Part shown: in pieces, positions 1 through 8,369 of the stretch
Layout of the letters: each line of letters starts with the position of its first letter
Position numbering within the stretch: the first letter of the stretch is position 1
Source: a virus
Lineage: Duplodnaviria > Caudoviricetes
Strand: one strand, 5' to 3'
IMG/VR virus record: IMGVR_UViG_3300043466_000799
Coordinates: 1-30,667 of that record
Length of the DNA: 30,667 nt
Program-made: the position numbers and the translations under genes
Notes under the pieces: model-generated
The model's input: the letters and a program-made list of their open reading frames with translations, nothing else
Database searches by the model: none
Told to the model about the DNA's origin: nothing

Positions 1-2
1 TC

Positions 3-836
3 AAGCAGCTACAGCACGAGCAGTTGCGCAAGGCGCAGGCCATCGACTACCAGACCAAGCCGCCGCTCCAGGTGCCCGTGTCGATGAAGAACCGCGACGT
101 CGAGACGCTGCCCGGCGGCATCTCGTTCGTGGACGGCGCGTCAGCAGGCATCAAGACCGCGTTTGAGGTCAACCTCAACCTCCAGTACCTGCTCAACGAC
201 ATTCAGGACTGCCGCGAGCGCGTTCGTGGTGCGTTCTATGCCGATATGTTCCTGATGCTGGCGGGCCAGCCGAACACCCGCATGACGGCCACAGAAGTCG
301 CCGAGCGCCACGAGGAGAAGTTGCTCATGCTCGGGCCCGTGCTCGAGCGCCTGCACAACGAACTGCTCGACCCGCTGGTGGACATCACGTTCACGCGCAT
401 GTTGCAGGGTGGCATCATCCCGCCAGCGCCCGAGGAGTTGCAGGGCATGGACCTGAACGTCGAGTTCGTCAGCATGCTCGCCCAGGCGCAGCGTGCCATT
501 GGCACGAACTCGGTGGACCGCTTCGTCGGTAACCTCGGCCAGATCGCCACGATGAAGCCGGACATCCTCGACAAGTTCGACAGCGACCAGTGGGCCGACA
601 TCTACGCCGACATGCTCGGCGTGGACCCGTCGCTCATCATCGCCGACAAGGAAGTCGCGGCCATCCGCACCGCCCGCAACCAAGCGATGGCGGCCAAGGA
701 GCAGGCGGCAGCGTTGCAGCAATCGTCGCAGACGGTCAAGAACATGGCCGGCGCTCCGACGGATCAGCCCAACGCATTGACTGACGTAATGAACATGTTC
801 TCGGGATACACCAGCCCATCGGCGCTGGAAGTTTGA
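3..836 (+). CDS. Portal / head-tail connector (BPP-1 Bbp21-like, T7 gp8 family), 5'-truncated
   Basis: Frame is open from base 3 (KQLQHEQLRKAQAID...). Motifs MTATEVAERHEEKLLMLGPVLERL and VEFVSMLAQAQ are typical of this portal family. Confidence 0.93.
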   Translation, partial: KQLQHEQLRKAQAIDYQTKPPLQVPVSMKNRDVETLPGGISFVDGASAGIKTAFEVNLNLQYLLNDIQDCRERVRGAFYADMFLMLAGQPNTRMTATEVAERHEEKLLMLGPVLERLHNELLDPLVDITFTRMLQGGIIPPAPEELQGMDLNVEFVSMLAQAQRAIGTNSVDRFVGNLGQIATMKPDILDKFDSDQWADIYADMLGVDPSLIIADKEVAAIRTARNQAMAAKEQAAALQQSSQTVKNMAGAPTDQPNALTDVMNMFSGYTSPSALEV

Positions 837-846
837 AAGGACCACC

Positions 847-1428
847 ATGCCATACGTTATGAAGACGCCCGGTGGTCCTTGGCTTTACAACTCAACCACA
901 GGCGATTTCGCTGGCTTGAAAGATCCCGACGGCAGCGAACTGATCTTCGCTAGAGCTCCGCATACGGGTGGGTTTTTTGACGTGTCAAACCAGACTGCGC
1001 TTGCAAACACTGCTACGCCAATGGAATACGACACAACCGACTTCTCGCATGGAGTTTCGGTTGTGAGCAACAGCCGAATCATAGTGACACGCGACTCGGT
1101 CTACAACATCCAATTTAGCGCCCAGTTCAAGAACACAGACAACTCATCGGAGCACAACGTAAGCGTGTGGCTCGAATTGAACGGAACCAATGTCGCAAAC
1201 AGCAATACACAGATCACGCTGCCGAGAAAGCATGGTGGTGGTGACGGGTTGCTGGTTGCAGCATGGAACTTTTTCGTGACCATGAACGCCGGCCAGTACG
1301 CGCAGATCATTTGGTCCACGCCAAACACCGCCGTGTCGATTGCCTACGAAGGCACGCTATCGACTCCGACCAGGCCGGCTACGCCGTCTGTGATCCTGAC
1401 CGTCAACGAGGTCAACGGTATCTCCTGA
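847..1428 (+). CDS. Putative virion decoration / head-fibre protein with a C1q/TNF-like beta-sandwich
   Basis: AAGGA RBS. Beta-rich, Thr/Ser/Asn-rich domain (SRIIVTRDSVYNIQFSAQF, VWLELNG, AWNFFVTMNAGQYAQIIW). Lies inside the head operon. Confidence 0.5.
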   Translation: MPYVMKTPGGPWLYNSTTGDFAGLKDPDGSELIFARAPHTGGFFDVSNQTALANTATPMEYDTTDFSHGVSVVSNSRIIVTRDSVYNIQFSAQFKNTDNSSEHNVSVWLELNGTNVANSNTQITLPRKHGGGDGLLVAAWNFFVTMNAGQYAQIIWSTPNTAVSIAYEGTLSTPTRPATPSVILTVNEVNGIS

Positions 1429-1468
1429 CGTTGCTAGTTCAACATTCGCCATCTCAGACAGTCCAAAC

Positions 1469-1813
1469 GTGAGCAATTACGACCCACTCGATATCCGTGG
1501 ACAAGAGCGCAACAAGGCCGAGCGCGACCAGCGTGAACGCCTTGAGCGCGAGAACGAGGCCGCCGACGTCAAGTGGCTGATGAACAACAAGCGTGGCCGG
1601 CGCATGGTGTGGCGGTTGCTGGACAGGGCCGGGGTATTCCGGTCATCGTTCGCCACCAACAGCATGACAATGGCCTTCTCTGAAGGTAACCGTAACTACG
1701 GCCTACAGTTACTTGGTATTATCCATGCCGTATGCCCGGAACTTTATCCGGTCATGTTGAAGGAACACACGAATGAACGAACCAACGACGATGCTGGCGA
1801 CCCCAACCAGTGA
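1469..1813 (+). CDS. Bbp19-like phage protein
   Basis: DVKWLMNNKRGRRMVWRLL...MAFSEGNRNYGLQLL motif; position between portal and scaffold; GTG start. Confidence 0.8.
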   Translation: MSNYDPLDIRGQERNKAERDQRERLERENEAADVKWLMNNKRGRRMVWRLLDRAGVFRSSFATNSMTMAFSEGNRNYGLQLLGIIHAVCPELYPVMLKEHTNERTNDDAGDPNQ

Positions 1814-2447
1814 GGCGCCCACATCATCGAATGCCAGCAACACCTCCGCGACGGCGGAGAAGTTGTATGGCGAGCAGAAGGCGTCTGCACCTCAGACTGC
1901 GCCCGCCGATACGGCTAAGGCGCAGGACGCCCCTGTGACCGGACAGGCAGAGAAGGCCGCCGAGGCACCCGCCGACGCCAAGCCGACCATGCCTGAGAAG
2001 TACGAATTCAAGGCTCCTGAAGGTCAGGAGTTTGACGGTGACACCATCACCGCGTACTCGGAGGTCGCACGGGAGCTTCAACTGAGTCAGGACGCTGCGC
2101 AGAAGCTGCTTGACGTCATGGGCCCGAAGATGGCCGAACGTCAAATGGCTCAGATTCAGGCTGTTCAGGGCGCTTGGATGGAGGCATCCAAGCAGGACAG
2201 GGAATTCGGCGGCCCCGCGCTCGCCGAGAACCTGGCCGTCGCCAAGAAGGCTTTGGATGCGTTCGGCACCGCCGAACTCCGCACACTGCTCAACGAGTCT
2301 GGGCTGGGGAATCACCCGGAGATCGTCCGGTTGTTCTTCCGCGCAGGCAAGGCAATCAGTGAGGATCGTGTCGTGACGGGCTCGACCGGGCAGGCCAAGG
2401 CCGGCCCCAAGTCGTTCTCCGATCTGGCCGATGTTCTGTACTCGTAA
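1773..2447 (+). CDS. Capsid scaffolding/assembly protein
   Basis: Ala/Pro/Thr-rich disordered N-terminus; PEKYEFKAPEG; GLGNHPEIVRLF..GKAISED; immediately upstream of the major capsid gene. Confidence 0.8.
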   Translation: MNEPTTMLATPTSEAPTSSNASNTSATAEKLYGEQKASAPQTAPADTAKAQDAPVTGQAEKAAEAPADAKPTMPEKYEFKAPEGQEFDGDTITAYSEVARELQLSQDAAQKLLDVMGPKMAERQMAQIQAVQGAWMEASKQDREFGGPALAENLAVAKKALDAFGTAELRTLLNESGLGNHPEIVRLFFRAGKAISEDRVVTGSTGQAKAGPKSFSDLADVLYS

Positions 2448-2472
2448 CTAACCCCTACAAAGGAATCGCAAC

Positions 2473-3504
2473 ATGGCAACTCTCTCTACGTCGAATCTGA
2501 CGCTGGCCGACTGGGCCAAGCGCACCGATCCGGATGGCCGCGTCCCGGTCATCGCGGAACTCCTCTCGCAGTCGAACGAAATCCTTGAGGACTGCGTCTT
2601 CAAGGAAGGCAACCTCCCCACGGGCGAGCGCGTCGTCATCCGCACCGGGCTTCCCTCGGTGTACTGGCGCGCCCTCAACCAGGGCATTCCGAACAGCAAG
2701 AGCACGACCGCTCAGGTCGATGAGGCTTGCGGCATTCTGGAAGCCCGCAGCGAGGTGGACAAGGATCTGGCGATGCTGAACGGCAACACCGCTCAGTTCC
2801 GCCTGTCCGAAGACGTCGCCTTTCTCGAGGCGATGAACCAGACGCAGGCCACCACCCTGTTCTACGGCAACCCCGCCACCGATCCGAAGCAGTTCCTCGG
2901 CCTCGCGCCGCGTTACTCGGACATCGGCGCCGGCAGCCCGAACAACTCGCAGAACATCATCTCTGCTGGCGGCAGCGATGCCACCACCAACACGTCGATT
3001 TACCTCGTCGTGTGGGGTGACCAGACCGTGTACTGCCCCTTCCCCAAGGGCAGCAGCGCCGGCCTGATCCACGAAGACCTCGGCGAGCAGACCGTCTACA
3101 ACAGCGATGGCACCCGTCTTCAGGCGTATGCCACCCGCTACCAGTGGAAGAACGGTCTGGTGGTCAAGGACTGGCGCTACGTGGTCCGCATCTGCAACAT
3201 CAACACTGCTGACCTGATGGCGCAGACCACCACGCAGTCTCCTACGGCTGCGACCGCGATCATCAAGCTGATGAGCCGCGCCCTGTACCGCATCCCCAAC
3301 ATGGGCATGGGTCGGGCCGCGTTCTACATGAACCGCACCGTCCACAGCGGCCTTGCCATCGCTGCGCTCGACAAGAGCCAGTACGTGCTCAAGGTCAACG
3401 AAGGTCTGTCGCAGTTCGGTCAGCCCTACAGCTGGCTCTCGTTCCAGGGCGTGCCCCTGCGCCGCGTGGATGCCATCATCAACACCGAAGGCGTCGTGTC
3501 CTGA
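2473..3504 (+). CDS. Major capsid protein (BPP-1 Bbp17 / epsilon15 gp7-like)
   Basis: 343 aa; TLADWAKR.DPDG, IAELLSQSNEILED, RTGLP..WR.LN.G, DWRYVVRI.NI motifs; AAGGA RBS; strong codon bias. Confidence 0.95.
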   Translation: MATLSTSNLTLADWAKRTDPDGRVPVIAELLSQSNEILEDCVFKEGNLPTGERVVIRTGLPSVYWRALNQGIPNSKSTTAQVDEACGILEARSEVDKDLAMLNGNTAQFRLSEDVAFLEAMNQTQATTLFYGNPATDPKQFLGLAPRYSDIGAGSPNNSQNIISAGGSDATTNTSIYLVVWGDQTVYCPFPKGSSAGLIHEDLGEQTVYNSDGTRLQAYATRYQWKNGLVVKDWRYVVRICNINTADLMAQTTTQSPTAATAIIKLMSRALYRIPNMGMGRAAFYMNRTVHSGLAIAALDKSQYVLKVNEGLSQFGQPYSWLSFQGVPLRRVDAIINTEGVVS

Positions 3505-3531
3505 TAGGACCGACAGAAAGGAACCAACACA

Positions 3532-4023
3532 ATGATTACTGATCGTCTCCTCGTTCTGTCAGGCAGCAACAACCCCGGCAGCGCAATCTCGGGCCAAGGC
3601 CCGATCACGGCAAACGCCAACTCCACTGACATCCTGAGCCTCGCCACGATCACCACGGCCATCGCCAACAACGGCGGTGCCCGCGACATCGGTCAGGGCG
3701 AAAACTTGTTCATGATGTTCACGGTAGTTGTCGGTTTCGGCGGCACCGGAACCGTGGAAATGCAGATCGTCACGGACGACAACGACTCGATTTCCTCGCC
3801 GACCGTCATCGGATCGACCGGGGCCATTGCCGTTGCCAGCCTGACCGCCGGCGCACAGTTCATGGTCAGCATTACGCCTTTGGTCGGACGCCTTGGCGAG
3901 CAGTTCCTCGCAGCCCGTTACGTCGTCACGTCTTCTCCCACCACCGGCACGATCCTCGCGCAGGTGGTCGAAGACCTGCAGGACGGACGCAAGTTCTACC
4001 GTTCGGGCTTCTCGGTGACCTGA
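3532..4023 (+). CDS. Capsid cement/decoration protein (Bbp16-like)
   Basis: Follows the capsid gene; STD...RDIG.G motif; jelly-roll-like beta content; C-terminal Y.SGF motif. Confidence 0.8.
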   Translation: MITDRLLVLSGSNNPGSAISGQGPITANANSTDILSLATITTAIANNGGARDIGQGENLFMMFTVVVGFGGTGTVEMQIVTDDNDSISSPTVIGSTGAIAVASLTAGAQFMVSITPLVGRLGEQFLAARYVVTSSPTTGTILAQVVEDLQDGRKFYRSGFSVT

Positions 4024-4024
4024 C

Positions 4025-4222
4025 ATGAAAGTCCGCGCACTCGTGACGTGTTTCATCGACAACGGCCTCCGCAAGGCGGGCGAAGTCTTCGAGTACAACG
4101 GTCCTGCCAACGGGAACGTCGAACCCATCGACGCGCCCAGCCAGTCGGAGCAGCCTGAAGTCGTGCCTGTGGTGCGACCCAAGCGAGGCCGGCCAGCCAA
4201 GACCACCGTCACGGCGGACTGA
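4025..4222 (+). CDS. Small hypothetical head-module protein
   Basis: Tightly coupled to the cement gene; KVRAL..CFIDNGLR..GEVF N-terminus; PKRGRP basic tail. Confidence 0.7.
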   Translation: MKVRALVTCFIDNGLRKAGEVFEYNGPANGNVEPIDAPSQSEQPEVVPVVRPKRGRPAKTTVTAD

Positions 4223-4241
4223 TACGACGCATGTGACTCTG

Positions 4242-4278
4242 GAGGGGCGTCGGCCTAAACACCCGGCGCCCCTCTTTT
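4242..4278 (+). terminator. Rho-independent terminator after the capsid genes
   Basis: 12-bp stem GAGGGGCGTCGG / CCGGCGCCCCTC (one G-U pair), 9-nt loop, then TTTT. Confidence 0.8.
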
Positions 4279-4292
4279 CCTAGGAGGATCGA

Positions 4293-4973
4293 ATGGCAAG
4301 CGTGGTTGAGATCTGCAATCTGGCACTCGCGCACCTCGGCGACGATGCCTCCATCGCCAGCATCGACCCGCCTGAAGGGTCGGCGCAGGCCGAGCACTGC
4401 GCTCGGTTCTACCCCATCGCCCGCGACAGCCTCCTTCAGATGCACGCATGGAACTTCGCGTCTCGCCGCGCATTGCTTGCGCAGGTAACGATGCCGTACT
4501 CCATGTGGAAGTACGCCTATGCCTGCCCCGGCGACATGATGGTTGCCGTCAGCGTGCTGCCGCACGACGCCGAGAACGACTACGCGGCCAAGTTCGTTCC
4601 CAGCGACACCCCGGACTTCCTGCACAACTACGCACCGCTAGTCGCTGCAGGGCGCTACGTGCCGCAGCCCTACAGCATCGAGACCGACACGCTCGGCAAC
4701 AAGGTGCTGTACACCGACCAAGAGAACGCGCTGCTGCGATACCAGGCGCTCATCACGGACCCGACCAAGTTCGACCCGCTGTTCGTTATGGCGCTGTCGC
4801 ACCACCTCGCCGCCATGCTTGCTGGCCCGGTCATCAAGGGCGATCAGGGCGCGGCTGAGGGCAAGCGGCAGGCGCAGATGATGATGGCGTACTTGCAGCA
4901 AGCCCGCATGTCGGACGCCAACCAGCGCAACATCAAGCCGGAACACATCACGGGCTGGATTGCAGGACGCTGA
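4293..4973 (+). CDS. Tail adaptor / tail tubular protein A-like
   Basis: AGGAGG RBS; S.V.ICN.ALAHLG, ARD.LL..H.WNFA, FDPLF..AL...LA motifs. Confidence 0.85.
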   Translation: MASVVEICNLALAHLGDDASIASIDPPEGSAQAEHCARFYPIARDSLLQMHAWNFASRRALLAQVTMPYSMWKYAYACPGDMMVAVSVLPHDAENDYAAKFVPSDTPDFLHNYAPLVAAGRYVPQPYSIETDTLGNKVLYTDQENALLRYQALITDPTKFDPLFVMALSHHLAAMLAGPVIKGDQGAAEGKRQAQMMMAYLQQARMSDANQRNIKPEHITGWIAGR

Positions 4974-4976
4974 CCA

Positions 4977-7670
4977 ATGCCAAGCACCCGCATCTACAAC
5001 AGGTCGTTCGCAGGCGGCGAGCTGTCGCCGGAGATGTTCGGGCGCATCGATGACATCAAGTTCCAGACCGGAGCCGCCAAGCTGCGGAACTTCATCCCGA
5101 CCCCGCAGGGGCCGGCAGAGAACCGTCCCGGTACCACGTACGTGGCGACGGTGAAGGACAGCACCAAGCGCACGCGACTTCTGCCGTTCACGTACAGCAC
5201 GACGCAGACGATGGTGCTTGAGTTTGGTCAGGGCTATATCCGATTCCACACGCAGGGCAGCACGTTGCAGGCCGGGTCGCCGGCTGCCTACAACGGCGCG
5301 ACCGCCTACGTGGTGGGTGACTTGGTGTCCTCGGGCGGCACGAACTACTACTGCATCGCGGCCACGACCGGTAACGCGCCGCCCAACGCCACGTACTGGT
5401 ATCCGCTGCCGTCAAGCGCCTACGAGATCCCGTCGCCCTACCAAGAGGCTGACCTGTTCTCAATTCACTACGTGCAGTCAGGCGACGTGCTGACGCTTGT
5501 GCACCCTAACCACGCGCCGCGTGAACTGCGCCGCCTTGGTGCTACGACGTGGACGCTGACGGCGATCACGTTCGTTGCCCCGGTCGCTGTGCCTAGCGCC
5601 CCCACGGTCACGGCCAGCCGCGGTGATGCGCTCAACATCACGGGCATCACGCAGGCCAACCCCGGCGTCGTGACCACGGTCGGCAACCACGGTTTCGCCA
5701 TCGGCGACAGCGTGTACGTCAATGGTGGCACGATGACGCAGTTGAGCGGGTTCTACCTCGTCAACACGACGCCGGCCACGAACACGTTCTCAGTCAAGGC
5801 GTACGACACTGGGGTCCCGGTTGACACGACGGCCTACACCGCATGGGCGAGCGGCGGGTTCGTGCAGTTCGGTGACAAGAGCCTTGACTTCGACAACTAC
5901 TACGTCGTGACGGCCATTGCGCAGAACGCGGTGGACGAGAGCGCGGCAAGCCCGAGCGGCAACGTCATCAACAACCTGAACGCCATTGGCGCCAAGAACA
6001 CGATCAGCTGGAGCGCAGTCGCGGGGGCGCTCCGGTACAACGTGTACAAGCGTCAGAGCGGTCTGTACGGATACATCGGGCAGACGGCTGCCACGTCGTT
6101 TGACGATGACAACATCGCGCCTGACATGGGCATCACGCCGCCCATCGTTGAAACCCCGTTCAGCAGCGCGAACAACTACCCGCGCTCGGTGTCGTACTTC
6201 GAGCAGCGGCGCATCTTCGCCGGCACGAACAACGCTCCGCAGACGATTTGGATGACTCGCTCGGGTACGGAAAGCGACCTGTCGTACTCGTTGCCGGTCA
6301 AGGACAGCGACCGCATCAGCATCCGCGTGGCTGCCCGCGAACTCAACACAATCAATCACATCGTCCCGCTGACGCAGTTGCTGCTGATGACCAGCAGCGC
6401 GGAATGGCGTGTCAGCCCGATCAACTCCGATGCGCTGACGCCGACCACGATCAGCGTGCGCCCGCAGTCGTACATCGGTGCCAACGACGTCCAGCCTGAG
6501 ATCGTGAACAACACGGTCGTGTACTGCGCTGCTCGAGGCGGTCACGTGCGCGAGCTCGGTTACTCGTGGCAGTCAAGTGGGTTTGTTACTGGCGACCTTT
6601 CCATCCGGGCAGCCCACCTGTTCGACGACCTGACGCTGGTGGACATGTGCTACAGCAAGAGCCCGCAGCCCATCCTGTGGTTCGTTAGCAGCAACGGCAA
6701 CCTGTTGAGCCTGACCTACATGCCCGAGCAGCAGATCGGCGCCTGGGCGCAGCACGACACACTGGGCCTGTATGAATCATGCACCGCCGTGGCCGAGGGC
6801 AACGAGGACCGCGTGTACGTGGTCGTCAAGCGCACGATCAACGGCAACTCGGTGCGCTACATCGAGCGGATGGCCAGCCGGCAGATTACGACGCTTGAGG
6901 CGTGCTTCTTTGTGGACGCGGGCCTGACGTACGACGGCACGAACACCACGGCAACGACTGTAACTGTCTCTGGCGGCACGACTTGGGGTCCGTCCGACGT
7001 GCTGACGATCACGTCCAGCACCCCGACCTTTGCGTTCCCGGCAACGACCGACATCAATGACGCCATCGTCCTGACCGATTCGGCGAGCAACAAGTACCGC
7101 CTGCGGATCATCGGTACGAGCAGCACGACGGTGGCGACGGCACGGGTAGACGTCACGCTGCCCGTCGCCCTGCGCAACACCGCCACGACCGTCTGGGCGT
7201 TCGCTAGAGACAGCGTGAGCGGCTTGGGGCATCTGGAGGGGGCTACGGTCAGCATCCTCGCAGACGGGGCCGTACAGCCGCAGGAAACCGTCTCCAGCGG
7301 CACCGTGAGCCTCGACAGGGCCGCAGTCCTGATCCACGTCGGCCTGCCCTACGAGAGCGATCTACAGACCCTGCCGGCGGTGATGAGCATCGACGGTTAC
7401 GGGCAGGGGCGTTATAAGAACGTCAACAAGGCATACTTGCGGGTGTTTAAGTCGAGCGGCATCTTCGTGGGCCCGACGGCGGACCGACTCGTGGAGGCCA
7501 AGCAGCGCACGACTGAGCCATACGGCACCCCGCCGAGCCTGAAGTCTGACGAGATCGACGTTGACCTGAAGCCAGCCTGGCGAGCAGGCGGTCAGGTCTA
7601 CATTCGGCAAGCCGACCCCCTTCCACTGACGGTCGTGGGTCTGACCCTTGAGGTCGTGCTAGGAGACTGA
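4977..7670 (+). CDS. Tail nozzle / tail tubular protein B with inserted accessory domains
   Basis: 897 aa; SFAGGELSP.M.GR.D start; YP..V.YFEQR..FAG; R.AHLF; GLPY..; PLPLTV C-terminus. Confidence 0.88.
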   Translation: MPSTRIYNRSFAGGELSPEMFGRIDDIKFQTGAAKLRNFIPTPQGPAENRPGTTYVATVKDSTKRTRLLPFTYSTTQTMVLEFGQGYIRFHTQGSTLQAGSPAAYNGATAYVVGDLVSSGGTNYYCIAATTGNAPPNATYWYPLPSSAYEIPSPYQEADLFSIHYVQSGDVLTLVHPNHAPRELRRLGATTWTLTAITFVAPVAVPSAPTVTASRGDALNITGITQANPGVVTTVGNHGFAIGDSVYVNGGTMTQLSGFYLVNTTPATNTFSVKAYDTGVPVDTTAYTAWASGGFVQFGDKSLDFDNYYVVTAIAQNAVDESAASPSGNVINNLNAIGAKNTISWSAVAGALRYNVYKRQSGLYGYIGQTAATSFDDDNIAPDMGITPPIVETPFSSANNYPRSVSYFEQRRIFAGTNNAPQTIWMTRSGTESDLSYSLPVKDSDRISIRVAARELNTINHIVPLTQLLLMTSSAEWRVSPINSDALTPTTISVRPQSYIGANDVQPEIVNNTVVYCAARGGHVRELGYSWQSSGFVTGDLSIRAAHLFDDLTLVDMCYSKSPQPILWFVSSNGNLLSLTYMPEQQIGAWAQHDTLGLYESCTAVAEGNEDRVYVVVKRTINGNSVRYIERMASRQITTLEACFFVDAGLTYDGTNTTATTVTVSGGTTWGPSDVLTITSSTPTFAFPATTDINDAIVLTDSASNKYRLRIIGTSSTTVATARVDVTLPVALRNTATTVWAFARDSVSGLGHLEGATVSILADGAVQPQETVSSGTVSLDRAAVLIHVGLPYESDLQTLPAVMSIDGYGQGRYKNVNKAYLRVFKSSGIFVGPTADRLVEAKQRTTEPYGTPPSLKSDEIDVDLKPAWRAGGQVYIRQADPLPLTVVGLTLEVVLGD

Positions 7671-7672
7671 CG

Positions 7673-8362
7673 ATGACGGCATTCCCACAGACTCAATTCA
7701 TTGCCGGGTACAGCACCTTTGGTGCGCAAATGGCGCCACCGCAATCAAGTTCGATCAACTGGTCAGGCGTTGCCGAGGGCTTGCAGATCGGCGGCAACAT
7801 TGCCTCGATCTTCGGAGCCGTCACGGGTGCCATCGGGTCGTACTACTCGCTGAAGTCGCAGCAGAACCAGCTCAAGATGCAGGCGCAGAACGCGGCGTTC
7901 GCCGCGCAGATGACGCGCATCAACCGCCGTGCAGCCGAGTTCACCGCCACGCAGGTTGGTCAGCAGGGTCAGGCCGCAGCCGGCCAGTACACCATGCGGG
8001 CGGGCCAGGCTCGCGCCGGGGCACGCACGGCGATGGCTGCTCGTGGGGTGGCGCTTGGGCAGGGGACGGCCAAGGAAGTCGTCGCCAGCATGGACCTGGT
8101 CAAGGAGATCGACCGCCTCGCCATCAACGCATCGACCGTCCGGGCGCAGGAGGCTGCCCGGTTGCAGGCGTTCAACCTCGGCACGCAGGCCACGATGGCC
8201 GAACTGTCGAGCCGGAACCTGTCGAGCGCAGCCGGCACGATCATGCCCGGCTTTGGGGCTGCCACCAGCCTGCTCGGCAGCGCAGTCGATATCGGCGCCA
8301 ACTGGGCCCGCAACAAGCGCATCGACGAACTGCTGCAAGGCGTAGCCACCGAACGATTCTGA
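7673..8362 (+). CDS. Internal virion (ejection) protein, T7 gp14-like
   Basis: Ala/Gly/Gln-rich with hydrophobic Gly-rich ends and a RTAMAARGV motif; follows the nozzle gene. Confidence 0.7.
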   Translation: MTAFPQTQFIAGYSTFGAQMAPPQSSSINWSGVAEGLQIGGNIASIFGAVTGAIGSYYSLKSQQNQLKMQAQNAAFAAQMTRINRRAAEFTATQVGQQGQAAAGQYTMRAGQARAGARTAMAARGVALGQGTAKEVVASMDLVKEIDRLAINASTVRAQEAARLQAFNLGTQATMAELSSRNLSSAAGTIMPGFGAATSLLGSAVDIGANWARNKRIDELLQGVATERF

Positions 8363-8369
8363 GGTACTC

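Noticed and set aside
7660-7680. Absence of a gp13-like acetyltransferase gene between the nozzle and the first ejection protein
   Set aside because: The gene is variably placed in this phage group and may lie outside the window, so absence here is uninformative.
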